From NCBI GenBank assembly GCA_037133995.1, contig JBAXNA010000001.1, forward strand, positions 1-46,921: 46,921 nucleotides of DNA, read 5' to 3'. The stretch's first letter is position 1; every line of letters begins with the position of its first letter. Under the pieces are notes generated by a model. It was not told the DNA's origin and did no database searches. It saw only the letters and a list, made by a program, of their open reading frames with translations. The stretch comes from Candidatus Saccharimonadota bacterium. GTDB lineage: Bacteria > Patescibacteriota > Saccharimonadia > CAILAD01 > BJGX01. This document shows positions 16,851 to 26,777 of this stretch, piece after piece. The position numbers were made by a program, and so were the translations under genes.

Positions 16851-19763
16851 ATGAAAAAACTAGCCAGCTACAATCAGAAAGATATTGAACACAGCATTCT
16901 AGATTTCTGGAACCAAAATGATATCTTTGAAAAATCACTTGAAAAAACAAAAGCTGGAGAAAAATTTAGCTTTTATGATGGCCCGCCTTTTGCAAACGGC
17001 CTACCTCATTTTGGGCATAGCTTGGTCACCAGCATCAAAGATTCAATAGGTCGCTATCAAACCATGCGTGGTCGTTATGTGGAGCGCCAAAATGGCTGGG
17101 ATTGCCACGGTCTTCCGGTAGAATTTGCTATAGAGAAGGAGTTTGGTGTTTCTGGAAAGCAACAGATTATGGATCTTGGGATCGAGAAATTTAACCAAGC
17201 CTGCCGCGACTCTGTTTTTACTTATAAAAAAGATTGGGAAAAGTTTTTTGAGCGCATGGGTCGCTGGACAGACACCAAAAACGCCTATGCCACAATAGAT
17301 ACTAGCTATACTGAATCAGTTTGGTGGGTGATGTCTCAAATTCACAAAAAAGGCCTACTTTATAAAGGCTATAAGTGTATGCCTTACTGCCCAAGGTGCG
17401 CCACGCCACTTAGTAATTTTGAGGTAAATGAGGGTTATAAAGATGATGTAGAAGACCCCAGTCTATACGTCAAGTTTAAGCTCAAGGGTGAAGATGCTAG
17501 TTTGATTGCATGGACAACAACTCCTTGGAGCTTACCTGGTAATGCCGCTCTTGCAGTTAAGCAAGATGCTGAATACGTAAAGCTTCAGCTTAGTGATGAC
17601 TCTGGCGATACTGAACAAGTGATTGTCGCCAAGAATAGAATAGAAGCCCTCAATAGTGAAAGCTATCAAGTGATAGATCAGTTTTTGGGCAAAGAGCTGG
17701 TAGGTAAATCATATTTGCCCGTTTTTGAGCTTGAAGATTTAGCGCCCTCAGAAAATCTTTATAAGATTTGGTCTGCTGACTTTGTCAGCATAGAAGACGG
17801 TACCGGTATTTTGCATGTGGCTCCAGCTTTTGGCGAAGATGATCTTAGCCTTTCTGTTGAGAAGCAAATACCCGTTCTGCAAACCGTCAGTGCTGAAGGT
17901 AAAATAAAACCGGGCACTGGGCTAGTAGAAATAGATGGTAAGTTTTTCAAGGGGGCAGATAAGCTTATAATAGCCCACCTCACAGAACTAGGGCTAGTTT
18001 ATGGCGCTGAAACATTTAAGCATACTTATCCTTTCTGCTATCGCTGTGACACACCGCTACTATACTACGCAATTGACACTTGGTTTGTGGCTGTTTCAAA
18101 AATAAAAGACCAGCTAGCCGAGTCAGCCAAAGATATTACCTGGCACCCAGACCATATTAAGGACGGCCGATTCGGTAAATGGCTAGAGGGAGCTCGAGAC
18201 TGGGCAGTCAGCCGTAACCGTTATTGGGGTGCACCAATGCCAATCTGGGTAAATACTCAAGACGAATCTGACTATCTAGTCATAGAGAGTATCGAGCAGC
18301 TCAAATCTATGGCCGTGGGTGATCCAAAACTTACTGATTTGCACCGACCCTTTATAGATGATGTAATTATCGAAAAAGAAGGTAAAACTTATAAGCGTGT
18401 AGAAGAAGTAATAGACTGCTGGTTTGAATCTGGCTCAATGCCTTTCGCCAAGGGCCACTATCCTTTTGAGAATGCCGATCAATTCGGACAGTCATTTGGG
18501 GCCGACTATATAGGTGAAGGCCTAGACCAAACCCGCCTTTGGTTTTACGTGCTACACGTAATTTCTACAATCGTATCAGATAAGCCAGCCTACAAAAATG
18601 TTTTGGTAAATGGCATGATTATGGCAGCAGACGGCAGAAAGCTATCAAAGAGTCTTAAGAACTACCCACCTATTGAAGATGTACTAGATGACGAGGGGGC
18701 CGATAGCTTGCGTTTTTATCTGCTTTCTAGCGCTCCAGCTATGTCTGGTGACTACATGCGCTTCGACCGAGCTGGCCTCAAAGACGTGCAGCGTAACTTA
18801 TTTATGACAATCAATAATAGCATATCGTTTATGGGAATGTACGCAGAGATTGACGGCTGGAAACCAAGCTCACTGGGCACACCGCAAGAACTCACCAACC
18901 CTCTAGACATCTGGCTAGTTGAGATGGTCAAGCAGGCATCTACTATTGCTACAAAATCTGCCGACAGCTTTGAGATATCCAAGGCCACCTGGCAGGTATA
19001 TGAGCTCACTCAGGAGCTTTCTAACTGGTACATTCGCCGGAGTAGAAGGCGTTTCTGGAAAAGTGAAGATGATCACGACAAGAAAGATGCTTATCGCACT
19101 CTACACTGGGCCCTGGTAAGCATTTGCCAAATGTTAGCACCCTGGTCGCCTTTTATTAGCGACTATTACTACAAGTACCTGACAGAGGGCATGCAAGACG
19201 CCGAAGAGTCTGTACATTTGAGTAAATGGCCTAGCTTTGATCAGGCTGACCAGTCAGTACTTGCCAGTATGGTGAATGTGCGGCAAGCTGTAAACGACGG
19301 ATTAGCCGAAAGAGCTAAGGCTGGCATAAAAGTTCGCCAACCACTAGCCAGTGCAACAATTAGCTCACCAAATAACATAAGCAAAGACCTTGAGCAAATA
19401 ATAGCCGAAGAGCTGAACACTAAAAAGATTGTTGTAAAAAGTGCTGAGGAACTTTCGGTAGTCTTGGACACAAACATTACTCAAAGTCTTAAGAATGAAG
19501 GCCTAGCGCGCGACATTATTCGCAATATACAGCAGGCCCGAAAAGACTCAGCTCTCGAAGTAGAAAACTATATTAAACTTTCACTTAAGTCTGAAAGCAC
19601 TTTTATAAATGACGCAATAGAGCAGTGTGAAAAACTTATTCAAAACGAAGTACTCGCTACAACACTTCTTACTAGTGGCGACAACTACGAGTATATTAAA
19701 GAAGTTAAGATTGAAGGTGAAGATTTGTCAATCAGCCTTGAGAAAGATGTTTTGCACAAATAA
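16851..19763 (+). CDS. ileS: isoleucyl-tRNA synthetase (eukaryote-like / type 2 pattern)
   Basis: 970 aa. YDGPPFANGLPHFGH (HIGH region), KLSKSL (KMSKS), a CP1 editing domain (TTTPWSLPGN) and no C-terminal Zn-finger peptide. Confidence 0.95.
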   Translation: MKKLASYNQKDIEHSILDFWNQNDIFEKSLEKTKAGEKFSFYDGPPFANGLPHFGHSLVTSIKDSIGRYQTMRGRYVERQNGWDCHGLPVEFAIEKEFGVSGKQQIMDLGIEKFNQACRDSVFTYKKDWEKFFERMGRWTDTKNAYATIDTSYTESVWWVMSQIHKKGLLYKGYKCMPYCPRCATPLSNFEVNEGYKDDVEDPSLYVKFKLKGEDASLIAWTTTPWSLPGNAALAVKQDAEYVKLQLSDDSGDTEQVIVAKNRIEALNSESYQVIDQFLGKELVGKSYLPVFELEDLAPSENLYKIWSADFVSIEDGTGILHVAPAFGEDDLSLSVEKQIPVLQTVSAEGKIKPGTGLVEIDGKFFKGADKLIIAHLTELGLVYGAETFKHTYPFCYRCDTPLLYYAIDTWFVAVSKIKDQLAESAKDITWHPDHIKDGRFGKWLEGARDWAVSRNRYWGAPMPIWVNTQDESDYLVIESIEQLKSMAVGDPKLTDLHRPFIDDVIIEKEGKTYKRVEEVIDCWFESGSMPFAKGHYPFENADQFGQSFGADYIGEGLDQTRLWFYVLHVISTIVSDKPAYKNVLVNGMIMAADGRKLSKSLKNYPPIEDVLDDEGADSLRFYLLSSAPAMSGDYMRFDRAGLKDVQRNLFMTINNSISFMGMYAEIDGWKPSSLGTPQELTNPLDIWLVEMVKQASTIATKSADSFEISKATWQVYELTQELSNWYIRRSRRRFWKSEDDHDKKDAYRTLHWALVSICQMLAPWSPFISDYYYKYLTEGMQDAEESVHLSKWPSFDQADQSVLASMVNVRQAVNDGLAERAKAGIKVRQPLASATISSPNNISKDLEQIIAEELNTKKIVVKSAEELSVVLDTNITQSLKNEGLARDIIRNIQQARKDSALEVENYIKLSLKSESTFINDAIEQCEKLIQNEVLATTLLTSGDNYEYIKEVKIEGEDLSISLEKDVLHK

Positions 19764-20893
19764 TGCAAAATAAAGCCTTTTTGCAATTAAAACGCTTCGA
19801 CGTAATTTTGCTAGGAGCTACAAGTCTTTTAATAGCGCTGGGTCTTTTAGTTTTGTACTCTTCTGGAATTAGGTCAGCTCAGTCTGCATCTCAGCTAGAT
19901 ACTAGCAGGCAGATAATTTATGTTTTGGTGGGTGGGGCAATGTTTTGGCTTGTCACTCGGCTTGATTATGACGTATTACGTAGTTACAGCTCGGCTATTT
20001 ATATTATTATGGTTGCCTTACTGATTTTAGTAGAAGTTTTCGGGGCTACTAGGCTCGGAGCTACGAGGTGGATTAATCTTGGCTTCTTTCAGTTTCAGCC
20101 TTCAGAATTTGCTAAGCTAGCTCTAACAGTTGTACTAGCTAAATTTTTTGCTAGCAGTTATGATCACAGTGACAAGCTTAAGTATTTATTTATTTCCATT
20201 TTATATCTTTTGCCACCACTTTTGTTAGTTTTGGCTCAGCCTGATCTAGGTACGGCGCTGGTCTTGATAGCTATCTGGCTAGCTATGGCCCTCACTTCAA
20301 GAATTAAGAAGCGCTATTTTGTAGCGTTACTAGCTATCTTAGTGATAGCGGCACCACTTTTATACCCTAGACTTGCTCCATACCAAAAGCAGAGAGTGGC
20401 AACTTTTGTTAGCCCTACGGCCAACCCAGCTACTACTGGATACAATGTGAATCAAGCAATTATTGCTGTTGGCTCAGGTGGTGTATTTGGCCAGGGCTTG
20501 AGCTCTGGTAGTCAAAGTCAGGGCAACTTTCTACCAAGCCAGCACACTGATTTTATTTTTGCTGTGTTAAGTGAAAAACTTGGCTTCTTTGGAGGTGTAG
20601 TATGTATTTTTCTATATTCTGTTCTGGTAGTAAGAGCGATATGGATAGCCCGAAATTCAAGCGACAGATTTGGTACTTTTTTGGCAATCGGTATAGCTAC
20701 AATGTTCGCTTTTCACGTAGTGGTAAATATTGGTATGAACATAGGGCTACTGCCAGTTACGGGTATACCACTGCCGTTTATTTCGGCCGGCGGCACCAGT
20801 ATGATTATTTCATTGCTGTCAGTTGCAATTTTAGAGAGTATTTATGCCAAAAGACGCACCTTGACCCTAACCAGTAAGGAAATGTATGAGTAG
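19763..20893 (+). CDS. SEDS-family peptidoglycan polymerase (FtsW/RodA)
   Basis: 376 aa with about 10 TM helices. Motifs FQPSEFAKL, LAQPDLGTA, HTDFIF and GIPLPFISAGGTSM. Confidence 0.85.
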   Translation: MQNKAFLQLKRFDVILLGATSLLIALGLLVLYSSGIRSAQSASQLDTSRQIIYVLVGGAMFWLVTRLDYDVLRSYSSAIYIIMVALLILVEVFGATRLGATRWINLGFFQFQPSEFAKLALTVVLAKFFASSYDHSDKLKYLFISILYLLPPLLLVLAQPDLGTALVLIAIWLAMALTSRIKKRYFVALLAILVIAAPLLYPRLAPYQKQRVATFVSPTANPATTGYNVNQAIIAVGSGGVFGQGLSSGSQSQGNFLPSQHTDFIFAVLSEKLGFFGGVVCIFLYSVLVVRAIWIARNSSDRFGTFLAIGIATMFAFHVVVNIGMNIGLLPVTGIPLPFISAGGTSMIISLLSVAILESIYAKRRTLTLTSKEMYE

Positions 20894-21473
20894 AAATATT
20901 AAAATTACTACAATGCATGGCAAGAAGCTTATAGTATTCTTGGCCACAATTAGCTTAGGGCTTGTAATGCTCTACGCTGGCAAAAACAGCACAACGTTTG
21001 CCACTAATAATTCAGCCACAAATACAAATGGAGTTACACATAGGGTAGTAAAAGTAATAGATGGTGATACTGCCGAAATTGATATAAAGGGCCAGATTAA
21101 AAAAGTAAGATTCATAGGTATGGATACTCCTGAGGTTTATGACCCCCGTAAACCCGTACAGTGCTATGGCAGAGAGGCTAGTGCTAGGGGCCACGAACTA
21201 CTAGAGGGTAAAATGGTCGGTTTAGAATATGATAATGTTGTAGGGGAGACCGATAAATATGGCCGGTCACTAGCCTATATAATATTGCCGTCTGGAGAGA
21301 TTTATAATCAAAAAATGATTGCCGAAGGCTATGCTCATGAGTACACCTACCAAGATCAGGCCTACAAGTACCAGTCAAAATTTAAGCAGGCTGAAGTGTC
21401 TGCTAAATCACTAGGGCTTGGTTTTTGGGGGGTTACAACCTGCAATGGCGACACGAAGCAAACAGCTAAATAA
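20886..21473 (+). CDS. secreted or membrane-anchored staphylococcal-type (thermo)nuclease
   Basis: 195 aa. N-terminal signal anchor, then an SNase core: VVKVIDGDTAEI...VRFIGMDTPE...YGREA...DKYGRSLAYI...MIAEGYA. Confidence 0.85.
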   Translation: MSRNIKITTMHGKKLIVFLATISLGLVMLYAGKNSTTFATNNSATNTNGVTHRVVKVIDGDTAEIDIKGQIKKVRFIGMDTPEVYDPRKPVQCYGREASARGHELLEGKMVGLEYDNVVGETDKYGRSLAYIILPSGEIYNQKMIAEGYAHEYTYQDQAYKYQSKFKQAEVSAKSLGLGFWGVTTCNGDTKQTAK

Positions 21474-21490
21474 GCTGATATAATACTTCT

Positions 21491-22003
21491 ATGCCTTATC
21501 CGTCTCAAGATCTACACTCAAAATATTCTACTGAAAAAAAACAACGAGAGTTTGAATTGATTGACGAATTCTTAAAAATTTGCCCAGACTTTAATGGCTA
21601 CGAGTTTATGCAGTTCTCAGAAAACCCAGACATGATTTATCAGAAAGGTGATGCTCAGATTGGCTTTGATAGTGTAATAGTTTCTGAAGACCAAGCAACA
21701 GTTGATTGTTATTTTGACGCACAAATGTGCACCGTTAATCTACCGACCAAGTTAACCCAAGATGAAAAGAATGATAAAATTGCGGTTTTTTTCGAAAATA
21801 AACTCTTCAAACACTGGCGACGATATGCACTACCAACTGTTTTAGTTTTTTCGCTTGTTGATACTAAGCAGACAGACTTTGTGGATATAGTTGATGTAGC
21901 AAGTAGGTTTAAATTGCCAGCTTTTGAGCTTTTTAACATACTAGATTACTATTTGAGTGATGGTAAAAAGTTTGTCAAGATAGCAGAGACTAAACCTGCC
22001 TAG
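21491..22003 (+). CDS. hypothetical cytoplasmic protein
   Basis: 170 aa. No TM helix or signal peptide and no motif I recognise. Has its own TGATATAAT 6 nt upstream of the ATG, overlapping the nuclease stop codon region. Confidence 0.5.
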   Translation: MPYPSQDLHSKYSTEKKQREFELIDEFLKICPDFNGYEFMQFSENPDMIYQKGDAQIGFDSVIVSEDQATVDCYFDAQMCTVNLPTKLTQDEKNDKIAVFFENKLFKHWRRYALPTVLVFSLVDTKQTDFVDIVDVASRFKLPAFELFNILDYYLSDGKKFVKIAETKPA

Positions 22004-22009
22004 AATCAA

Positions 22010-22432
22010 TTACTTTAGAGTACCTATTTCATATCCTGCCAGAATCCTATTAGCTCCAGCTGAGTGCCCGCTTCTGCGCCCACCTTTAGTATTGTAAGCA
22101 GTGGTGGCATCTTGGCCACAAAATATTAGTATTAAATCGGCTCCACCCGGGTGCATGTCTAAATATTTTGTAACGTCATATACATTACCTTCTATTGCTA
22201 GCCAGCAGTCTCGCGGGGTACTATGTTTTGAAACTTCCGAAAGACCATAGGTATTACCGACAGTCTTACTGGAGTTAGAACTTTGGCTAGGCTCAGATTT
22301 TGAAGGCTGCGAATTATTAATTTGATTCTCGCTATCGGCCTCTTTCTGTTGCTTAGAGATGAAGCCCCAGCCAACCATTGTACCCATAGCAATGAAATAA
22401 AATATTAGAGTAACTAGTACAGCTTTCTTCAT
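22010..22432 (-). CDS. membrane-anchored cytochrome b5-like heme-binding protein
   Basis: 140 aa. One N-terminal TM helix, an S/N/Q-rich linker, then a b5 core WLAIEGNVYDVTKYLDMHPGG...GQDAT...GHS. Both axial His contexts are present (HPGG and GHS). The start overlaps the upstream gene's stop (ATGA). Confidence 0.75.
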   Translation of the reverse strand: MKKAVLVTLIFYFIAMGTMVGWGFISKQQKEADSENQINNSQPSKSEPSQSSNSSKTVGNTYGLSEVSKHSTPRDCWLAIEGNVYDVTKYLDMHPGGADLILIFCGQDATTAYNTKGGRRSGHSAGANRILAGYEIGTLK

Positions 22433-23733
22433 GATAGGTCAAACTCCTCTGTATTTATATTTCGTTTTTTTACACCTAGTTGCTTGAGTTGTGCTTTTAG
22501 GCTTTTCATCATTGACGGTGGACCACATATCATATAATTTGCGCCATCTAAGGACTTACTATTTTTTTGGATGTAGCTAGCGGTAAGATAGTTATTTTTA
22601 CTTTCAGTGAATAAAATAATTTTCAGATTAGATTTTTTGTTGGCTATTTTTTCTAGTGTAGGCAAATAAACTGCATCATCTTTTGTTTTAGCACAATAAT
22701 ACAAATCAACACTCTGGCTATCTTCTAGGGCTTTTGCCATGGATACGAATGGCGTTACTCCAATTCCTCCAGCTATCCATATCTGCCTAGGGTTTTTTAC
22801 AATCGCGTTAGAAAATGTTCCATAAGGACCATCTATTTTTACTTTTGTTCCAGATTCTGCTGTGGCCAGTAGAGCGGTGTAATCACCGAGATTTTTAATA
22901 CCAAAATTAAGAGATTTGTCATTTGGTCCTGAGCTCATAGAGAAAGGATGACTTTCACCAAGAACACCATCTAATTCTAGTTTTATAAAAGCAAACTGTC
23001 CTGGTGCAAATACAAGAGGCTTGTCTTGGGGTGAAAGTTGAAGCTCATAGCTATTACCAAGAGGTATGATTTTATATAAACTATAGTCTAAATATTTAGA
23101 AAAATTACCTTGAAACAATGAACGGTATACGTAGACTACGGCAGCCAGGCCAATTAGTAGCAGGTAATAAATTTGTAAGCCAATCATTCCAGTCTTAATA
23201 GCTAGGTCGCTTCCGCCCACAAAAAATGCGTGAATACCGCCTAAGAATAATACTAGGCCTAGTAAGCGCTGAGCTAATATAAATCTTTTGTAAGCAACAT
23301 GCATATATAGAGTGACTACAATTAGAGCAATCATGCAATATAGGGCGATCACACCTAAATTCTTAAATGGTGACTCAAGACCTGGCTTTACGAACTCATA
23401 AGCAGAAATAGGGGAGCTTAGAAAGTACCTAAATGTAATCAGTAATGGGTGAATGAGAAGTAGTATGAGGGCCAAGCAACCAATAATGTGGTGAGCTCTA
23501 TAGGTGTTATCTAGCCCCATGAAGAGTTTATTATAAATCTTTAGTCTTGCGCTAAGAATAACATTCCAGGCAAAAAGCGCCATACCTGCCAGTCCGGCTA
23601 ATCTGCCAAGATTGTCTGATATATTTTTGGCTGTATCGAACTGAGCCGGCATAGAAACCATCCAAATTGTAATAGGTATAACTGCCACAAATATAGTAAT
23701 AAGCCAGCCAAGATTCGTATAGCGATTTCTCAT
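22429..23733 (-). CDS. NOX / ferric-reductase-family transmembrane flavocytochrome (FRD + FAD + NAD(P)H domains)
   Basis: 434 aa. About 6 TM helices, with a His pair 12-13 residues apart in one helix (YRAHHIIGCLALILLLIHP). The FNR-type module has HPFS (FAD), GGIGVTPF (NAD(P)H) and CGPPSM. Confidence 0.8.
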   Translation of the reverse strand: MRNRYTNLGWLITIFVAVIPITIWMVSMPAQFDTAKNISDNLGRLAGLAGMALFAWNVILSARLKIYNKLFMGLDNTYRAHHIIGCLALILLLIHPLLITFRYFLSSPISAYEFVKPGLESPFKNLGVIALYCMIALIVVTLYMHVAYKRFILAQRLLGLVLFLGGIHAFFVGGSDLAIKTGMIGLQIYYLLLIGLAAVVYVYRSLFQGNFSKYLDYSLYKIIPLGNSYELQLSPQDKPLVFAPGQFAFIKLELDGVLGESHPFSMSSGPNDKSLNFGIKNLGDYTALLATAESGTKVKIDGPYGTFSNAIVKNPRQIWIAGGIGVTPFVSMAKALEDSQSVDLYYCAKTKDDAVYLPTLEKIANKKSNLKIILFTESKNNYLTASYIQKNSKSLDGANYMICGPPSMMKSLKAQLKQLGVKKRNINTEEFDLS

Positions 23734-23859
23734 ATGGTTATATTATAGCAAACTTATACTTTATAACAGTTAGCCTCAGTAGGACTTTTAATGTTAAAGA
23801 TAGAAATATTTCTGCGGTGGGAATATATTTGGTCTTGATGAGATAATTATGAGCTACGG

Positions 23860-25236
23860 CTACTCGGTTCTAAGTGCCTCAATTGGGTCTAGTTTGGCAG
23901 CCTTACGAGAAGGTAGCCAGCCAGCCAGAATAGATATAACTATCAACGCGACTATGAGGGCAATGATTTGAGCCGGATCAAATATAAGTATGCTATTACC
24001 TTCGCCAAGATTTAGTCTTTGGGTTATCCAGGGGTTTAGGCTAAGACCAAGTATTACAGCAAGACTAGAGCCAATAATGCCTCCTAGTAAACCAATCCAG
24101 CCGGCCTCAAATCTAAATAGCCGGCCAATATCTCGCTTGCGCATACCCAAAGCTTTCATTAGGCCTATTTCTCGAGTCCTTTGCAGCACTGATATGTACA
24201 TGGTATTTATTATTCCAAAAACCGAAGCTATAATCGCGATAAACCCAAACCCGGCTACTATACCTTGCAAGACACCAATAATGTTAGTCAAAAACTCTTG
24301 AGTTTCTTTGACGGTTCTTACCTGAAAGCCAAGGTCTTTCACTTTCTGGGCAACGGCATTTAGCTTGGCAGGGTCATTGCCTCCATCGACTTTTACCAAC
24401 ACAAAATTATATTTTCGAAAGTCAGAAGATCCTTCTAGGCTAATGTCATTTAGTCTACGAGCCTCTTCAAGTGGAGTATAAATATACAGCTCTGTGCCAG
24501 GCTGGGAAGTAACTGGCTTTTTAGAAACGGCTATTATTGTGAGCTGTTTTTCTATAGCGTTAGCCTGGGCTTGTGCAGCGAATTCTTCTGGAGTCTGAGC
24601 TAGTGTGCCACTTTGCAGTTGGCTTCTTATCTGCTCTGGGGTAATGTTTCTGGGAATCGACACAACAACTGTTTTGCCAATCGCATCAGCCGCATTATCG
24701 AAGCCTAAGTCTGATAGGTAGCCCTCTGGCAGTACAATGTTTAAGCCACTAAAGTTGTCATCTATATTACCCGAAAGCAGATCTGGCCTTTGAGCCGGAT
24801 TATAAGAAGCGATTGTGGCTACAAACTTTTTTTGGTTTGGCCTGGTGATGTAGTTGGCGTTAACAGTAATATCTTCACGAACTTTTTCGACGCCAGCTAC
24901 GTCAGCAATTTTTTTGATATCAGACTCAGTAATTTTTTTAATCTGAGTTGTTGCGCCAGCATTAGACGTGCTAGTACCAAAACTAGGATCATATTCTCTG
25001 GGTTTAGCGCTATCTCGCTGGCCAAAAAGAGAGTTGTCTGCAGCTACAATTAGCTCGCTTGGGTCAAAATTGTCATTAATAATTTTGTTCACGTATGATT
25101 TTGCGCCGTTACTAGCGGCTAGAGTTAGGGAAAGGGCGAAGGTACCAACCGCAATAGCCAGGGCAGTCAAGATAGTTCGTCCTTTTGCGCTGCGAATGCT
25201 TCGCCAGGCTCTTCGAACGGTATCAATGATATACAT
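23860..25236 (-). CDS. ABC transporter permease, MacB/FtsX type
   Basis: 458 aa. TM1, a ~280-aa extracytoplasmic domain and a C-terminal FtsX 3-TM bundle (REIGLMKALGMRKRDI). 1-nt overlap with the ATPase gene. Confidence 0.85.
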   Translation of the reverse strand: MYIIDTVRRAWRSIRSAKGRTILTALAIAVGTFALSLTLAASNGAKSYVNKIINDNFDPSELIVAADNSLFGQRDSAKPREYDPSFGTSTSNAGATTQIKKITESDIKKIADVAGVEKVREDITVNANYITRPNQKKFVATIASYNPAQRPDLLSGNIDDNFSGLNIVLPEGYLSDLGFDNAADAIGKTVVVSIPRNITPEQIRSQLQSGTLAQTPEEFAAQAQANAIEKQLTIIAVSKKPVTSQPGTELYIYTPLEEARRLNDISLEGSSDFRKYNFVLVKVDGGNDPAKLNAVAQKVKDLGFQVRTVKETQEFLTNIIGVLQGIVAGFGFIAIIASVFGIINTMYISVLQRTREIGLMKALGMRKRDIGRLFRFEAGWIGLLGGIIGSSLAVILGLSLNPWITQRLNLGEGNSILIFDPAQIIALIVALIVISILAGWLPSRKAAKLDPIEALRTE

Positions 25237-25964
25237 TATTGGCTGACCTTTTTAGTGGAGTTTATTACTGGTGATTTTATGCCTGGGTGAAGCTTTACGG
25301 TTTTTTTGATTTCACCATCCTTCATAAATATTTGCTCATCACAGCGCTGGGCCAGCTCTTGGTCGTGCGTAACAATCACGATAGTAATTCCACGCTTTTT
25401 ATTAAGTTCAAGAAGTAAGTTTATTATAACTTCACCTGTGGCAGTATCCAGATTGCCAGTGGGCTCGTCTGCAAAAATTAATTTAGGTTTGTTTACAATA
25501 GCTCTAGCAATTGCGAGGCGTTGTTTTTGACCTCCAGAAAGGTTTTTGGCCAGACTATCCACTTTATCTTCTAGGCCAACAGATTTTAAGGCTAAAAGAA
25601 CATCTTTACGTCTATCACGCCGGGCTACTCTAGCAATTTCAAGTGGTAACATTACATTTTGGTAGCAGCTCTGATTGGCCTCAACAAAAAAAGATTGAAA
25701 TATAAAGCTCATTTCCTTAGACCTAAATGCATCAATCTGCTTGGGCTTTAGGCCAACCAAACTCTTGTTGTTGACTACTACCTCACCACTACTTACATGG
25801 TCAAGGCCACTCATCACGTGCATAAGAGTAGACTTACCAGAGCCACTCTTGCCAATAATTGCAACAGTACTGCCGTCGGCTATTTCGGCGCTAACATTAT
25901 ATAGAGCGGTAAATAGATTGTCTCCTTTACCGTATGTTTTACAAACATCTTTTACGCTTATCAT
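25236..25964 (-). CDS. ABC transporter ATP-binding protein (MacB/LolD-like)
   Basis: 242 aa. Walker A GKSGSGKST, signature LSGGQKQR, Walker B LIFADEPTGNLD, H-loop VTHD. Confidence 0.9.
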   Translation of the reverse strand: MISVKDVCKTYGKGDNLFTALYNVSAEIADGSTVAIIGKSGSGKSTLMHVMSGLDHVSSGEVVVNNKSLVGLKPKQIDAFRSKEMSFIFQSFFVEANQSCYQNVMLPLEIARVARRDRRKDVLLALKSVGLEDKVDSLAKNLSGGQKQRLAIARAIVNKPKLIFADEPTGNLDTATGEVIINLLLELNKKRGITIVIVTHDQELAQRCDEQIFMKDGEIKKTVKLHPGIKSPVINSTKKVSQ

Positions 25965-26087
25965 AGTACTCTAAATTATAGCATAGTAACTATGGATACC
26001 TAACAATAGCAGTATAACGATGATCAGTCATGATTATTAAGCTATAATCTTACGGTACTTATGCTATAATTAGCAGTATAAATTCTT

Positions 26088-26777
26088 ATGCTAAAAGTAG
26101 AGAAACTTCAAAAAATATATAATATGGGCAACATTATAGTGCCCGCTTTGAGCGACGTTTTTTTAGATGTAAAGCCCGGCGAGATGATTTGCATTATGGG
26201 GAAATCTGGCTCAGGTAAAAGTACACTATTGCATATGCTAGGCCTTATCGATACACCTACTAGCGGGACAGTGTATTTTAAAAATAAAGATGTCAGTAAG
26301 CTTTCTGAAGCTAAACGGTCAAAAATTAGATTGGCTCAGATGGGCTTTGTTTTTCAGGAATATGCACTACTGCCCGAGCTAACTGCTCTAGAAAACGTCT
26401 ATTTGCCTGCCAGCATGCTTGGCAAATGGTCTAAGGAATATGAGGAGCGAGCGGTGACATTGCTAGACTCTGTTGGGTTGCTAGAGAGAATGAATCACAG
26501 ACCGTACCAGCTTTCTGGTGGTCAGCAGCAAAGAGTTTCTATTGCTAGGGCGATGGTAAACAGGCCAGAGATAATCTTTGCAGATGAGCCAACTGCAAAT
26601 CTTGACTCTAAATCTGGCCTGCTTGTGATGCAATCTCTAAGGTGGCTTAATAAGCAGTTTGGAACAACAATTATTTTTGTAAGTCACGATGAAGATGATA
26701 GAAAATATGCAGATAGGGTTGTTTACCTAAAAGACGGCAAGTTATCTGAGCCTAAGAAAGCTGTTCACAATGCGTAG
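26088..26777 (+). CDS. ABC transporter ATP-binding protein (MacB/LolD-like)
   Basis: 229 aa. GKSGSGKST, LSGGQQQR, IIFADEPTANLD, VSHD. Confidence 0.9.
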   Translation: MLKVEKLQKIYNMGNIIVPALSDVFLDVKPGEMICIMGKSGSGKSTLLHMLGLIDTPTSGTVYFKNKDVSKLSEAKRSKIRLAQMGFVFQEYALLPELTALENVYLPASMLGKWSKEYEERAVTLLDSVGLLERMNHRPYQLSGGQQQRVSIARAMVNRPEIIFADEPTANLDSKSGLLVMQSLRWLNKQFGTTIIFVSHDEDDRKYADRVVYLKDGKLSEPKKAVHNA

